This document shows positions 24,901-39,900 of a stretch of DNA of 64,000 bases, in pieces. The notes under the pieces were generated by a model. That model made no database searches and had not been told where the DNA came from. It saw only the letters and a program-made list of their open reading frames with translations. Position numbers and translations under genes: made by a program. Position 1 is the first letter of the stretch. Every line of letters begins with the position of its first letter. Source of the DNA: Botryllus schlosseri (taxonomy: Eukaryota); assembly GCA_051294905.1 (NCBI GenBank), contig CM119385.1, positions 8,556,001-8,620,000 of the forward strand, read 5' to 3'.

Positions 24901-27900
24901 AAATCTATACGAATATATTTTATCTGAACGAGACACACACAATGTATAATGCGATAAAATGCACAATGATGCGATGCAATGAACAGATAGAAGGATGCCG
25001 AACGACCAGTTTCGGTTGCAGTTACGGTCTCAACTGCCATCCACCTGGGCCTAGTGCCCGATGTCGCACTTCTTTCCTTCGATGTTTGTCTCTATTCCGC
25101 TGCTCTTTCCATTCCTTGTAAGTGCGCTCTTTCAGCCGGTCTTTTTCTGGGCTTTTTTGTCGCCATAAGAACAGCGACGCGAGCAAAGAGGAGCCTAGAA
25201 TAACCTCCGTCACGGATTCGATCGGTAAGCGCTTATCATCACCGCTACGCTAGTAAAGCTCCATCCAGGTTTGCTGGCTAATAAACACCTATCATCTATA
25301 AAATCCGGATAAAACTGATGGAATATCAAGCGTAAGCTTGAGCTTGACTTCAAATCAGTAGTGTAACGCGCCCAGTAAGTCAATTGCTTCTATATTGAGA
25401 CCATGAGCAAGTCTGGGTGACCAAGACCCCAGCTTCGCTACACGTTAACCTAATCTACCCCCTATACTGCAATTTTCGATCTTAATTGAATGCCAACGGT
25501 AAGTGAATTTACGGAGAAGCTAGGTGCCAGTGTCCGCCGCAACATTGTCACTTAATCGATAATAATTGTGTGGAACTTGCGACGACCTCTCACTGTGAAA
25601 AGAGACGCGATTCGGTCGAACAATGCAAAACTCGGTAAGCATAGCCAGACAATATACAGGCAGCTGTGGTCTCTACTGTATTCCCGATTGGAAACACCGA
25701 CATATTATTGGATACGTAATGTCATACCCAAAGGTCGTCAAAGTATTCAGGGTTGTCATTGAAGGAGTCGAAGTAACGCAGTAAATTTTTACAAAATTAC
25801 AAGTAGGAGTAGCGGCTTCCAAGGCAAGTCAAAAGAAGTAGAAAGTGAAAGGACAGAAAATTACTTGAGTAAGTAGATGAGGGCTTGGATGCTTTTGGCA
25901 GTGGATCCGTGGTGGGATTAGGGTTGCATTTAAAACAAAAATCGATTTAAAACAAACATATTTAAAACAAGGCCCTTGTTTAAAACTTCTTTTTTATTGT
26001 TTTTTTTTAGCCATGACGTCATGATTATTTAATTGTGACGTCACAGTGGATTGACATTGACAATTGAAAATATAGGGTAAATATGGCTCCTTCGACGAAA
26101 AGGGCTTCCGATCACTGTCTTAAACATACCAAAAATATCTTTAACCAGGACCACATCGTTATGCAGCATTTTTGCGGTCGGCGGTCATCATCATCAGAAA
26201 ACCCATTCCGTATAGGCTACCAATGACATATATCTACGTGCAAAAACTATTATTGAACAGGCGACGATTTCGAGGGTTCCAGCCACACCACATCGTATAC
26301 GTCGACTATTTTGGGTGCAAATCTTCGGTAGGCTCACACATGGTTTTTCAGATGTATTTACACAATTATGGCATAATTGTGGCATAGACAAGGTTTGAAA
26401 AACAACAGCACAATTTTGTTTTTTCAAAAAGGCATTTGTTTAAAACACCGTTTACAACATACAAAGTGTTTTAAAACATCGTTTGTTTTAAATGCAACCA
26501 GGTGGGATAGTTTCGAAATTGCACGATCCATCCTCGCGACTAGTGCAAAATGACTGATGATAATGCAACTATAGGTAAAATCTTAGTCGACATATTCGTT
26601 TATAACTGTAATGGCTTTCTGGCCGTTCTTTTGGCGATCCAGCACATAAAATCGTTGCAAACTTTATCCCTAAACTACTGTATGTTTTTCAAATTCCAAA
26701 GTATGAAGGTCAGTAGAGTGTAAAACATAACCACCTGAGAAAGTAATTGACCAAGTAAGCAGAACCTATTTGAGTATATTGAAGAAGTAGAAGTACTTCG
26801 TTACTGACCTGGTATATTATAGCAGCGTTGGGCTGATGCCACTCCAGTCATAGTCGAGTCACGTTTTATGACTTGACTCGCGTCGCTGCCCTAAAATAAT
26901 GGGACGATTCTGATTAGCTTGCATAAGTAACGGCGATGACCGGTATCGTTTTAGTAAGTTAAGAAATGTCATGGCACCAAATTTCATCTGTCTTACATAT
27001 GCAAGTATACATGCACATCCGCACAGAAAATCAAGCGGCACAGATGTAAATATTTGGTGATTTGACATTACCCGAAATCGCAGATGTTCAGATGACTTGA
27101 CTTGAATTGACTCGCTTTAAAAATTTCCGTGACCTGACTCTTGAATTGACTTGAAAAATTCTAAAATGACGTAACTTCACGCGAGTCACGATTTGCTGTG
27201 AGTTAGTGAGTTGACACCAACCCCAAATGATTATTATTACTATTATAGTGTTTTGTCCTGCGTGCTGGAATATCGTCCGAGTATTGTTTTCGGCATGACA
27301 TAACATAGAATCAATGTTAACGAACAAAATAATGCTGCAATCATAAACAGGATTTTTGTTTCCTTTTTAATGGTGGCAATTTCGATGGGTAGTAGGCTTT
27401 TGCAGCGATAGCCAATCAATATGGTTAATCATTAAGATATGATCTAGTATTAGCGGACCTGCATTGAATTTCGCATACAGAAGCGATATCCACCGACGCA
27501 GAGTAATATATTTCGGTTTGCAAGCAACTTCACGTCCTTGGGCAAACGCGACTTCCGCGTCATAGACTGTTGACGGTATTCGCAGATTACAACCAGTCAC
27601 CAATCTATTCTCATGGTGCCTGTGTAATTTATGTATAATCTCCTCGATTTGTATACCGTGTTTATCGTCGAAGAAGGCATAATGCGCCTGCTGCATATTA
27701 ATTAATAAAATCCTACGGGTTCACGCGATCAATACAGGGTCCGTCATTAAAAATTCACAAATGATTCGCGAAGAGCGTGAAATATCACAAATCAGCGTCT
27801 ACAAATTTAGCGCCGAAGCTTTTGCAGTAGAAGCACATCTGTCGATTCCACCCGTAGTCCAAGCCAACCTAGAGCGAAAGACAGTGACACGGTGTGCGGT

Positions 27901-30900
27901 GGTATAGTGTAAAGTCTTGATTGGTTCACGTTATCGATAGCTAACTGAAAAAGAATCGATACCACAACGGCCTTGTAATTGATTCCCCCCTCTGTTATTC
28001 TCTAGCAGATATAAGAAAGCAGACAGATAGACGAGGCAATATTCAAACGCCAGAAAGGTATGATTTCATAGCGAAATCCGTACACGGATGGAGAAACGCG
28101 TGCGATCACTGCTTGATTGCCTATTTGAAAGACGCCAGTCACGACACAAGAGACGATCGCTCTCACGTGGATAATAAAACGGACCGAAAAGGGGAATCTG
28201 TGCCGAGAGGACTTCATATATCAGTAGATCAGCAAAGGGATAATCATTTTCCTGTCAGTTATCGTTGCCGAATGGTTGTGGAAGGTAGACTTTGTCAGCG
28301 TTTGGTCGAGACGTACACGGCTCGAGTCTACGCAACGGTATGGAGTTGGTTAAGAAACCATTCTATACTTTGTTTCGAGGACGCAGGAAGAAAGAACCCG
28401 ACGTGAATTGGTGCCGCGCCGTAATATATACATATATAAGGCACTTCTGGGGACATAGAGGTGAGAATCCATATCGTATGTATCTCGTACACGCGGCGAA
28501 GCTTTGGATTACCTGCACGTTCCTTTATGCAGTCGGATCAATGATATTTGAGGTTGTTTGGTCGTGGCCTATTTTCCGCTTCGAAAATGTTCTGTGGGCT
28601 GTGGCCCACCTCTCAGAGCAGTGGCTCTTCTCCGAGGTGCCGTGTGACCTTGTAGTGCCAGCAGGAATGCTCATTGCTGAAGGGTAGGCTACATCAAGAC
28701 AATGGCGACTGTGGACTATTACTTTGTTTCGCTTGCACCCGTAAGGTGCGGATTTAATGTATTAAAACCCGGTGACGTTGCGGTTTGTGATTGGAAGATA
28801 TTTGCGTGACGACGTAAACTTTGTCATGAAGCCTAGGGATACAACGCAACACAAACTGATGAAATTGAATAGTATAGGCCTATTCATATTGAAATGGACC
28901 CGAATATTTTCGGCTGACACTCGTCTGGGGTAATCGTCAGCAACTAGTAGAGAATTGGAAAGAGCATTGTATTTCAAAACTCGTATCACAAAATATGACG
29001 ATTGTTGATTTACAATAATCTTTCAATTCTCTGCTAGTTGCTGACGATTACCCCTGACGAGTCTCAGCCGAAAATATTCGGGTTCACTTTCAATATGAAT
29101 ATACTATGCAATAGTATATTGAAGTTCTGTACCTCCAAGAAGCTCTTTAAACTGCTGAAAATGGGACAGTGATGATGAGCATATTATGTAATAGTCGCAA
29201 GCTGTCATGTTTCTGAAGATTGCCAGTAAACTCGGACGAGGGTAAATTGGTATGGGTGATTTTCATATCAACGTGACTATGTTTATCTGGGTTTGCTATA
29301 CAATTGATTGTATTGCACCGAGTAGGTCGATGATGATATATTATTATCAGCAATCCAGAAGATTTGAAACCAACTCTTCATTGCTATTGCTGTTCTCATG
29401 TCATGCCCACGCGTGCCCGAAATCTACAATCTACATGCGTGATTTCAAAACTATCACTCATATTGCCCGTATATTTATCGTGTGCATTATGGCCGTCCGC
29501 TGTCCTACGTGAGTAGCGAAGAAGAACAATCTCATCAATGAGTTGATGAATTTACGAGTGGGAATTTTTAGACCGACTCCACAAGTTATGCGCTGGGCTA
29601 CACCCGCGATTTGTTGCTATTCGTTGAGGTGGCGCCATATAATCTTAACGGAAGTTGATCATAAATTGATCATAAATTCTAATGATGACTGGTATCATGT
29701 TGACCACAGTACCACCGTAACTACATCAAAGAAGCTTCAGTTCGAGTTTACTGGATAGCGTTTTGAACGGCATATGACGCAAGACCCTTGGAATACTTAG
29801 TTACTCCTGCCTTACTTCCACTCATCATATCATCGAATGATTCCTCCACAACTCTCCACACACAAATGATTCCAACACAACTCCACACTTTTCCAAACAA
29901 CTCTGTGTCTATCCTCAACATACTCCTGCGACCCACCTGCTGAAAACTCCTGGGCCAGACGGTTATGGGATAGGAATAGGATTATAGCGATCGATGCCGT
30001 GCCTGACTAGGCTGACACGACTAAATAAAGGTCGGGTGTTGCACTGAGCACTGAGCTTTAAAAGTCGGTGGCAGTGTGTGTGTGTTTTGTTTATGGGGGT
30101 TAGGGCGTTTATTGATAGGGCCACAGTTGCCGAATCAGTATATTGGTGTTATGCGCTATTGATCTATTACATTAAGGCTTGCGACCATCCGGCTAACAAC
30201 GCATTTCATTGGATACTAATATGTATTAACGGTGTCTGGGAAGTGGGCATATCCCAATATCGTTTCAATGGTAGGTGTTGAACTTGCGGGTGTGCCAACA
30301 ACATACGTTCGGCCCTGCGTAATGTGAATATTATGCTGGCTATTGGCCGCGATGTTTGGTGAATATCATAACCCAACCGACGGAATTTAAGGACAACGCG
30401 TCAATTTTTCTCCCGGCGTCTGGTTGTCTGTTTCATTGTCGATCCAACCACCTGGCAATAAGTAGCTGAATATTGGTAAAGGTGTGTAGGCTTTGGTGTG
30501 TAGGCTTTAATTAGGTAACCAAACAATTTTATCAAGTAGCCAGTACAATTTGAGAAAAAAATTTCGAACACCGCTCCTGTACATTAATATAGGCTATCAC
30601 TTCACTAAAATGTAGGGTTGGAATTAGCAATATGATGTCACATGACGTCATGAGGTTCACGTTCGCGTTCACACGAACCTGAACCTTTCAGGGATTCACG
30701 CCACCCCCACTACTTACTACAATGCAGTAGATACAAGTTGGATTGTGATGAAACACCCATCCTATATAGGAAGAATAGCCCCAAGAGCCGTGAGTGAGTC
30801 TATTATGACTGCGTTGTAACCAGGTCTCAAGTCAATCTCACTTTTATGGTTTTGACTCGAATCAAGACGAGTCATTTTCAATTCACCACCGAGTCAAGTC

Positions 30901-33900
30901 CAAGTCCAAGAGCAGAGGATTGAGCCAACGCAAGTCACCACCGAAAAATCGTGTCTCAAGTCAGACATGTTAAAACCCTGGTCTATGGTGCTGAATTCCA
31001 GTCAACGGCTAGTCCCGACTTAAAGTTGAGAAGGTAGGGACCCACAGCATACGCAGCAGGCATCTATTATTAAATATGGACTATGGGTTCAATCACACTG
31101 CGCTGTCACGACAGCAAATCTTAGTGTTAAATTTTAATAGAAATCTCGTCACTCTTTAAGCACGTTATCCGAGGATTGCTTGCCTTTCGTGTGGATTTCG
31201 GAATTGTGTATCCCCATAAGCTTGCATTCGCTATCCAAAATCCGTTCGATTGTCACCAAATTGTCGTCATTTTCAGAAAGGCGAAATGCAATGGGGCAGA
31301 GGCTGCACCGCAAATCGTTGATGCAAGGTCTCCTCAGTGTTACCAACGGTGAAGGGAGAAAACCGGATACGCTGCTGAAAGAGGGCAAGAAATTGCCCAG
31401 TTATCTCACTACTGATAGCGAGGACCACACGTACAGCATACCTGATTGTTGCTACAAGTCTCTGGCGGATCCGGACGAATTTTATGAAAATAAGGTACGG
31501 GCTTCCTTGTGTTATAGGTGACATCATTTTACTTGAGCGGGGTTGTTGATGAAAATATGGGAATTCACGCCGATGACATAAAAAACAAGCTCTAAAATAT
31601 GCACCTGATATATAGAATATGTATTTTCCGCAGTCGACAAAAATGTAGAACGCCGTAATTGAAGGCTCGGCGTAGCCAGGATGAAGTTTGAGCGGGGTGA
31701 CATTTTAACATAATGAGATGACGTCAAGAATATCCACTGGGACTGATGAGAAACGAATAACATATTTTTGAAGTCGCAAATTTACAAAAAGCATATGCCT
31801 TGCCCTTAGCTACGCCGTCGGAAGTACGTCTTTACATAACATATAGTCACAATTAGTAGGAGTTGTGCGAAGCCTGAAAGGTTCAGGTGCGTTTGAACTT
31901 GGACCTTTTTGACAGGTTCTGTCTGAACGCGAACGTGAACCTATGATGCCACGAGACGCCGTATTGCTAATTCCAACCCTACATTCCAGTGGAACGATAT
32001 ATTTAGGCACACGATACAGCGACGACTCAGGCCACATTATGCCCCGATGCTGAAGTATATGCTGACTTGTAAACCGTCGTCAAATGTAGGCCTATCAACT
32101 GTAGTTATCAAATGCTGTATAAATCCAAAAAAAATCAATATATTCTGTCGCTTTGCCAACAATTCCGACGAAGACTTGCAAGGACATATCAGCTTACGCC
32201 CAATCGGTCTAGGCAGACCGGAAAATGTATTCGGTGTCTGACTATTGCTACATTGATACTATGCAGGCAGAGTGTAAAACTGCTTTCTATACTTGCTACC
32301 GATATTTACCGATACCACAAGTTGCGCATTATAGCCAACGCCCCAATCGCACAGATTTGGATTTTCGTTCACAATCGAGATATATAATCAAGATAAATCC
32401 CGTACACCTGCTATATTTTTTACATTAGACAGCGATGTGTTCTTTATCAATTTCATTGATTGGTTGAATAAGCATCACTCGTGATTACCTACATGTGGTG
32501 AATTTCGTTCTTGATGTTATGTGATTGCGGGTCAAGTACAATATATTCACAAATATTTACAAATATTAACAAACTGAAAGCTGAATATTTCAAGCAAACT
32601 TTTCTAACAACGCATGTAAAAGTTTTGAGTTTGGCAAGGTGCATGTTTGTTTAGTGCCATGCATAGAGTTGTCCGAAGTTGAAATGCCAAGAATTTCTAC
32701 CAAAGATGTTATGATGACGCGAAAATTGTAACATGAAACTTTTTTGTATATTTCAATTTTCACTTCATTATAACATCTTTGTATGAAATTTATTGCATTT
32801 CAACTACGAGCAACTCTATGCATAGCGCTGGCAGCAGAAAACAAATCGCCATCAAACGAGCATGCACCTTGACAACCTCAAAAAGTTTACTTGCTTTGTT
32901 ACAAAAGTCTGCACGAAATATCCCGCTTTCTGTTTGTACATGTTTAGTGATTCACTGCTGTAAGCATGACCCTCAATCTCGCAACATCAAGAGCGAAATA
33001 CACTGCATGTGGTCAGCGAATGATGCTTATTCAACCAATCAATGAAATTAATATCGTTGTATGATGTAAAAAATCCAGCAGGCGCACGACTTGACTTCAT
33101 AGGTTTATTGTATCATAAAAACCAAACCCATGCGATTGAGGGGTTGGCCACTGCTGTATGACTTGTTAATGGGGTAATTTCGGTAGCAAGTATAGAAACC
33201 CATTTTACACTCTGGTCAATATCAACGTAACAATAATCAGACGCCGAATACATCGTCCGGTATCACCTAGACCAGGGGTGGGCAAACTACGGCCCGCGGG
33301 CCGCATGCGGCCCGCAACACCGTTATGTGCGGCCCGCGAGAGTCTAAAGAAATTTTTTTTAAATATTGATAAAATACATACTAAATATCGAATTAATGTA
33401 GGGACGTCATTAAAACTTTTTCTTAGTATATTTCCCCATGATAATTTTCAGACAATGGTTCCCAAACTGGGTAACACGCCCCCCCTTGGGGGTATGAAGG
33501 CATCTGAAGGGGGTGCGAAGCTGAGCTCAACTGAAAAAAATTTTCGCGCTCCGCGCGATTGTGATCCACCTCGTAATTATTGCTCTTTATTTAGTCTCAA
33601 TTTCATAGTTAAAAATCTCCCTTCCACAGTCGTAACCTACCATGCCATCAAACATGCTAGCATCTGGTTGCGTTTTTTGATATGACGATAAGGGGGCGCG
33701 AAATGTTTCACCATTATAAGGGGGGGGGCGTGTCTTAAAAAGTTTGAGAACCACTGTTCTAAGGTTAATACTTCCTATATTAATTTTTATGTTTAATTTC
33801 TGGCGCGACAGCCCGATCTCAGGGCCCACGCAGTTTGAAAGGTTTCAACTGCTAAACATCCCCGAAATACTAAACGAGATTGACATTATTCGGATCACGA

Positions 33901-36900
33901 GTGGGATTTCAGACTGGTCACTCCAATTTAATTATCTCAGTGATGTGCTTAGAAAAAACGATTCGCGCGTGTCTTAGGTAGATTCGTTCTCGGTATGCGT
34001 AGAATGGGGGTATTCATATTTTATCTACACATAGTAGAAGTGTGTTTGAAGCTATCATGGTTAGGCTATGATGCTGTCAGCATTGTGTGTCCTGGAACTG
34101 AACCAAAAGTGGAATTAGTAAATCTATGAACAGATCGCTGCTCACAGATTTAAATTTCAATCCGGTTCTAAGAATCAGATCAACCGACTTTCATCTCTAT
34201 AGTTTTGACAAATTGGTTATTGAGGTCGACCAGCTGATGAAATCTCGCCACTGTTTCTGACGGTGTACGATATCATCAAAGCAATGTTTGGTTTGTTTTA
34301 AATAAGCACATATATTAGCTCCATGTCCTCACTATATTATCAAATACCAATAGTGCGTTTTGGTTTATAATCCCAATTTTATATAGTGCGGCCCGCGAAT
34401 GGATTTAGATGTTGAATGCGGCCCGCGAGCTCAAAAGTTTGCCCACCCCTGACCTATACCGTTGAGGCGTTCCCTTGCACATTCTCGTCGAAATTGTTGG
34501 CAAAGTGACGGAAGATATTACTTTTATGGGATTATTAAATCATTTGATTGCACCAGTTGATACATTTGGCCAAGTTTAAAACATCAATATGTACTTTAGC
34601 ACTGTGGCATTATGTGGCCAGAGTCGTCGCTAGGTATGATTTACATTAATATATACTATCATTTCACTGAAATGTAGGGTTGGAATTAGCAATATGACGT
34701 CTCGCGACGTCATGAGGTTCACGTTTGCGTTCAGACAGAACCTTTCAAAAAGGTTCGCGCTCACACGAACCTGAACCTTTCAGAGGTTCACACCATCCCT
34801 ACTATTAACCAATCGACCGTAAGTGCAGATTTTCGAAACACAACCACTTTCTTTTGGCGAAGGTTCGTGGTACAGAGCTGTGCTCTGTCTTGATGATACC
34901 TATCCATATTTGATTGGGGAGTGTCTCTATTTTGTACCGACTATCGTAGCGCAGTGAAATACGTTATTGCTATTGCCTGGGATTTCGAGAACTGGCAGAC
35001 TACTACAGCTACCATTTTCTATATTGTGAGTTTCGAAGTGGATGATTATCAAACGGTGATATTGTTCGGAATCTACTATGTGGAAATTTGACTTCATGCC
35101 AAGATACGTTACCATCACAAATTCTCCAATAGTACATCCGTCAAGGTTTTATCGAAACAGATTTTGTGTTGGTCTATAATTTAGAAATTTACAATCCATG
35201 TGAAGGAAAACCATATCAGTATTTCCCACGCTGAGCATGAGAAATATATTTTCGACGTTGCCTCGATCTTGAACCTAATTATGTTATTGTCATACACTGA
35301 TTGACCTGAGTGGGTGACATATTCGCTCCTTCGCGGCACGCAGTATTTATCCACTCCAAGAGTTTTGTAAGAAATCGTGGAAAAACTGGTGGCGTTGAAC
35401 TACGAATCACATTTTATTCGATGATATCGGATCATAGTCATGTCTTGATGTTATCGCTTCAATCATCCGCAACACGCGTATACGTATTAAGTAACGTCCT
35501 GTCGACTATCATCTTTTATCAGCACCAGTTAATTGTCTATAACATTTTGTAAAATCAACACTAAACCTAAGGTAATTCAATGTTGGCTACTAGCAATGCC
35601 TCCCGTGAAGTTGCGTAGTAGTTGTAAAGAAGATACCGAGATTGATATCCACGAATTTCGCGACACGTCGCACACACGCTCTTTGATGAAGCCAATCGCG
35701 CGGAGATTATAAGGATTTGTCAACATTTAAATCTATTGTACCTTATTCTGGATAAACTCATCTGGAACACATTCTTCAATAAACAGTCGTTCTTCTCACG
35801 TATATCGGTAGTACGAGATCAGAAGCTACGAATATACACCGCGCTGTTGGGCATATCACATCAAACTATACTACTATTGCTATTCGTCGAATTATATTGC
35901 TTTCTCCATCACTGTCGTTGTTTTTTGTGTCGGTGACATAATTCGCCATTTGGAAATGATGCGATCCTGTTGTAGGTTCTTGCTTGTTCTCATCGGTCTA
36001 TACTCCGAAAAGCCCTAGGATTATCTAGCTTGACTTTAACCGAGTATTAGCATTGGGCCGTGGCCGCTGACCAGTTCATAAATACGCAGAAATACGTCGT
36101 GTTGTACCGAAATCCTCAACCTGACGTGTTTTGCTGCATTTTACAATGTGAAATTATCTGGAAATAATTGAAATCTTCATACAGTGAGTTTGAATAAAAG
36201 AAAGCCAGCAATTATGGTTTATTAATATTAATGCCGATTAAGAATTTAATGTTTCAAATTTGCGCAGGATTCAGGATCATTTGCGTTAAACCCATAGGAG
36301 ATGATGAACATATAGATTTAGAGCAAGACTACCGAAAAAACTTCACTTGAATATTTTCAAATCCAAATTGTTTCGCGAATTTGAGTGCCGAATTGGAGTC
36401 TTAATCGCGACTCCGGATTTATTTGATATCTTGTCCGAAACCTGCTATATTTGTACACCTGTACAATATACTCCATAAGTGTTGCCTAGAAGCCACGAGC
36501 AACCCCCTGTCATATGGTTTTCCTAAGTCCATATTGAAATCCAAATCCGGTTTTGCAAATACGTAGATTCAAACCGGATCCAATCAGAATTTTTCAGTAT
36601 ACCCAAACCTTTCTCGTCTATACTGGCGAACTGCAGAAAATAATCAGAAATGCTGTTACTTAGCACTATTTAGTATGCGTATACGATTACGGATACATAA
36701 ATGAATAATATCACCAGGTAAATCATCCCTGGCTTCGTCATAATACAGTGGTCGCTAATGACTGATGTTGCTGGCTACTCCAAAATTATGAAATCTACCC
36801 AATCGGCATAAGTGATTCGATCAAATCGAATTTCTTTTGTATTCGTATTCGGAACGAATTGCACGGCGCATGTCAATTTGATTGGATCGGATAGGACAAT

Positions 36901-39900
36901 GGAATCCTGCGCGAAAATAAATAGACGTGTATTAAATATTTATAAGGTTCTGTTCCATGCAATATCTCCAGGGTTGTGCGAAATATCTCTCCACACGGCA
37001 AACCTATCGATTGGTCAATATTCAAAATTGAGAGCCAACTAGATACTACATGGATGGGAATTTTACTCTACATCGGACCGAATAACAGATGGAGCGTATT
37101 CTGATTTGTCGAGCCCCAGCGAGTTAAATTATCACGCTTGCGGTAATCTAAGACCATGATTGTTCTACTTGCGTACCGCGTGTGTCACTTACGCCTGATG
37201 TACTGGAATCTGGCGCCTTGTATATTTCCCCCGCACTGTTAATAGATTGGTGGAAAATACGCGTATTTACCACATTTGCCACCACCGCAGGGTGCAGATC
37301 GGGAAATCGGCACTTGCTGGTGCAAAATTTTGCTTTCACACATATTCCAATGGGCGAACACGATGCAAATACACCAATATGTATGGAGATATATTCCAGG
37401 TGTGTCGTGGATTCCGTGTACCTGTAACACCGTTTTGTGTCTTCTTGGGGTGGTACATGAAGACGTTAGCCTCAACCCCTGGGATATATCTCCATAGGAA
37501 TTGGTGTGTTTGGCTGGTCAGTGGTCACCAATTGGAATAGGTTTGACAGCAAGCTTTTGTACCAGAAAGTGCCGCTTTTAACTTGCACCGTACCCTGCAT
37601 GTGGTGGCAATCGGCAAAATACACGATTTAATATAATAATGTGGATGAAAGTGCCAAATTACTTCAACAACTACTTTTTGTCAAAAGAAAAGTAGACGAT
37701 ATGATAGAATGACTTATGTTGTTGCTTTCCGGCCCGCCAGCCACAGAGGTAATCGTTGGTTTAAAAACTGTGTCGTAGGTCAACTGATCGGTGAGGTGAG
37801 CCTATTCTGATCATGTGATGTCATAAACCGAGCCCAACCTCGTAATTGGGCAGTCTTATTTTATATCCTTCGAGAGTTGCTTTGTCTCAGCTGTAATCTT
37901 TCATATGTTTACTTAGGATTTAGCCGGGCGTCATGTTTGTAACAATTGGTCGACCAGAAGTGTAATTCATCATATACTTCAGAATTAGACTCGCGAAATG
38001 CCGCATGTTCAATCCTGGAATTGCGCAAGATTTAATACCGAGCATATTCTGCGCATTCGAATTTTGACCGATGTGCGTGTAGCCAGCCATTTTCATTTTG
38101 GGTAACTTTCATTTAGACACTTTTGACTTTGAGAATTGTACAGCTATTGGTTGTTAAGTTTTTACGTTCTGGCCAAAGAAAGGGAAAATACGCACGGCGT
38201 GTTTTCATATCTATCTATTTTGGGTTGCATAATTAATGGATATCACATAATCAACCCGGGCTGACGCAGTTTTGTTATCATAACGAGAATATTTATGAAT
38301 TCGACATTGTCGAGCCGTCCCCTCATTTTCACAGTAGTAGCTCAGATAGGAAATTCTATATACGTTGGATAATAAATACACTGTCAGTATATCTATCTCT
38401 ATTATGGGTATAACGCGCCATTCGCAATTATGACATACATCATAAAGGTTTAGATAAGATCGTTTTTCCGCAAAGAAACCGACAACGCCCAATACACACC
38501 GTACGCTTGCCTACCAAGTACCGCAAAACTTCCATATACTGCAAACTTACATCCCGAAGTGACCCTGGTGCATTAATGGATATTGCACCGGCGAACTAGT
38601 CATTACGTTGTGCCCGAGTCAGGCTGGAGTTTATGGATCTGTCAAAATGCGAAAGCACTTAGAATCGCTGATGAGGAATGCAATTGATTAACAAGCGGCT
38701 ACTTGATATAAATGAATACGCGTTTATGGGATGTTTTAGAAGCTCGAAGACTCCTTCAGGGATACGAGTTCGCGATGTAGACTCTTTTTTGCGCGACGCT
38801 TTTCAAACAGTGGATTTTAAATCAAATTGTGTGTGTGGCTGCGTCGAGTGAGACGGAACTGGGCATTATGAAATTTGAACATTTAGTGGTATAGGTGGGC
38901 TCGCATGGATTGTTCAGCGTCGGATTCTAACAGGACTGCGGCGAGGGCAGGACTTTTGTAGGCTTTGACAGGGAGCTCCCTTGAGAATTGATCTCAAGCA
39001 TTTATTACATCACTTCGTGCGTTGTAGATATTCTCAAGCGTATGTTATACGCCAATTACTCCGGATGCAGGTTACGCAATATGACAATGACTCCCGAAAT
39101 TATTCACCGCCTTGTAGTGCGAGAATTCGCGTCGCTATGCGTGCAAGGGGAGTTATGACATGTATCGCTAAGCGTATTATATCCTTTCGTTTTCAATATA
39201 GAAGATACTTTTATTTGATTGTCCGATCACAATCAATCGACGATAAATTGGCATGGAAAAGATATACAGCAGTCTTTCATTATTATGGCCTTTGGTGCAA
39301 GCTGTGAACTGTCCTATGATAGTCCAGTTATTAGCGCTATGCTCAACGAGCTCGCTTTTTGAAGGTCGTGATTTGTTGTAAATGTCACTTTCAATTAAAT
39401 GTAGACGATTTTAGATATCTGTAATGATTTGATCGAGCATGCGGCTAGTATAGGAGGGTAGCGGTATTCAGACCGCTACCCCGGATGATAAGGTATTGTC
39501 TATCGAAATGGAGAAGATTCTTATTGACGCAGGAACAAAGGTAAGATGCTTTTTTATTTCATGTATAACCGCTATCCTGATGTTACAAGGATTTCCTGTC
39601 AATAAATCAAGTTGTTCAGTCAAAATCAGTGGTTCCCAACGTGGGCGATATTGAGAAACAAGGGGGAATACCAAAGCGGGCTACTGGGGGGGGGGGGATA
39701 GAGGGAGAAAATGTTGGAACTCCCAGTGAAATATATTCAATTAAAACGGTAAAAATCTCCACGTGGAGTCGGATTATTCGGCATATGACGCGAAAAAAGG
39801 TCAACTCAACTGACAGTAAACGCGGGAACCGGGCTCCGAGCACCTACCACCTCGAAAAATGGGATTTTGTTTAGTAAATTCACCAGCGATTAGAGTTAGA

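Noticed and set aside
24502-24927. 141-aa plus-strand ORF in a Nav intron
   Set aside because: Non-ATG start, intron-like base composition, no motif, and no splice sites compatible with the Nav frame.
29750-30075. Possible solo LTR or LINE relic (AATAAA, and aaagtcggtggca shared with 3988-4000)
   Set aside because: No TG...CA boundaries, TSD or reverse-transcriptase motifs found; the shared 13-mer does not extend.
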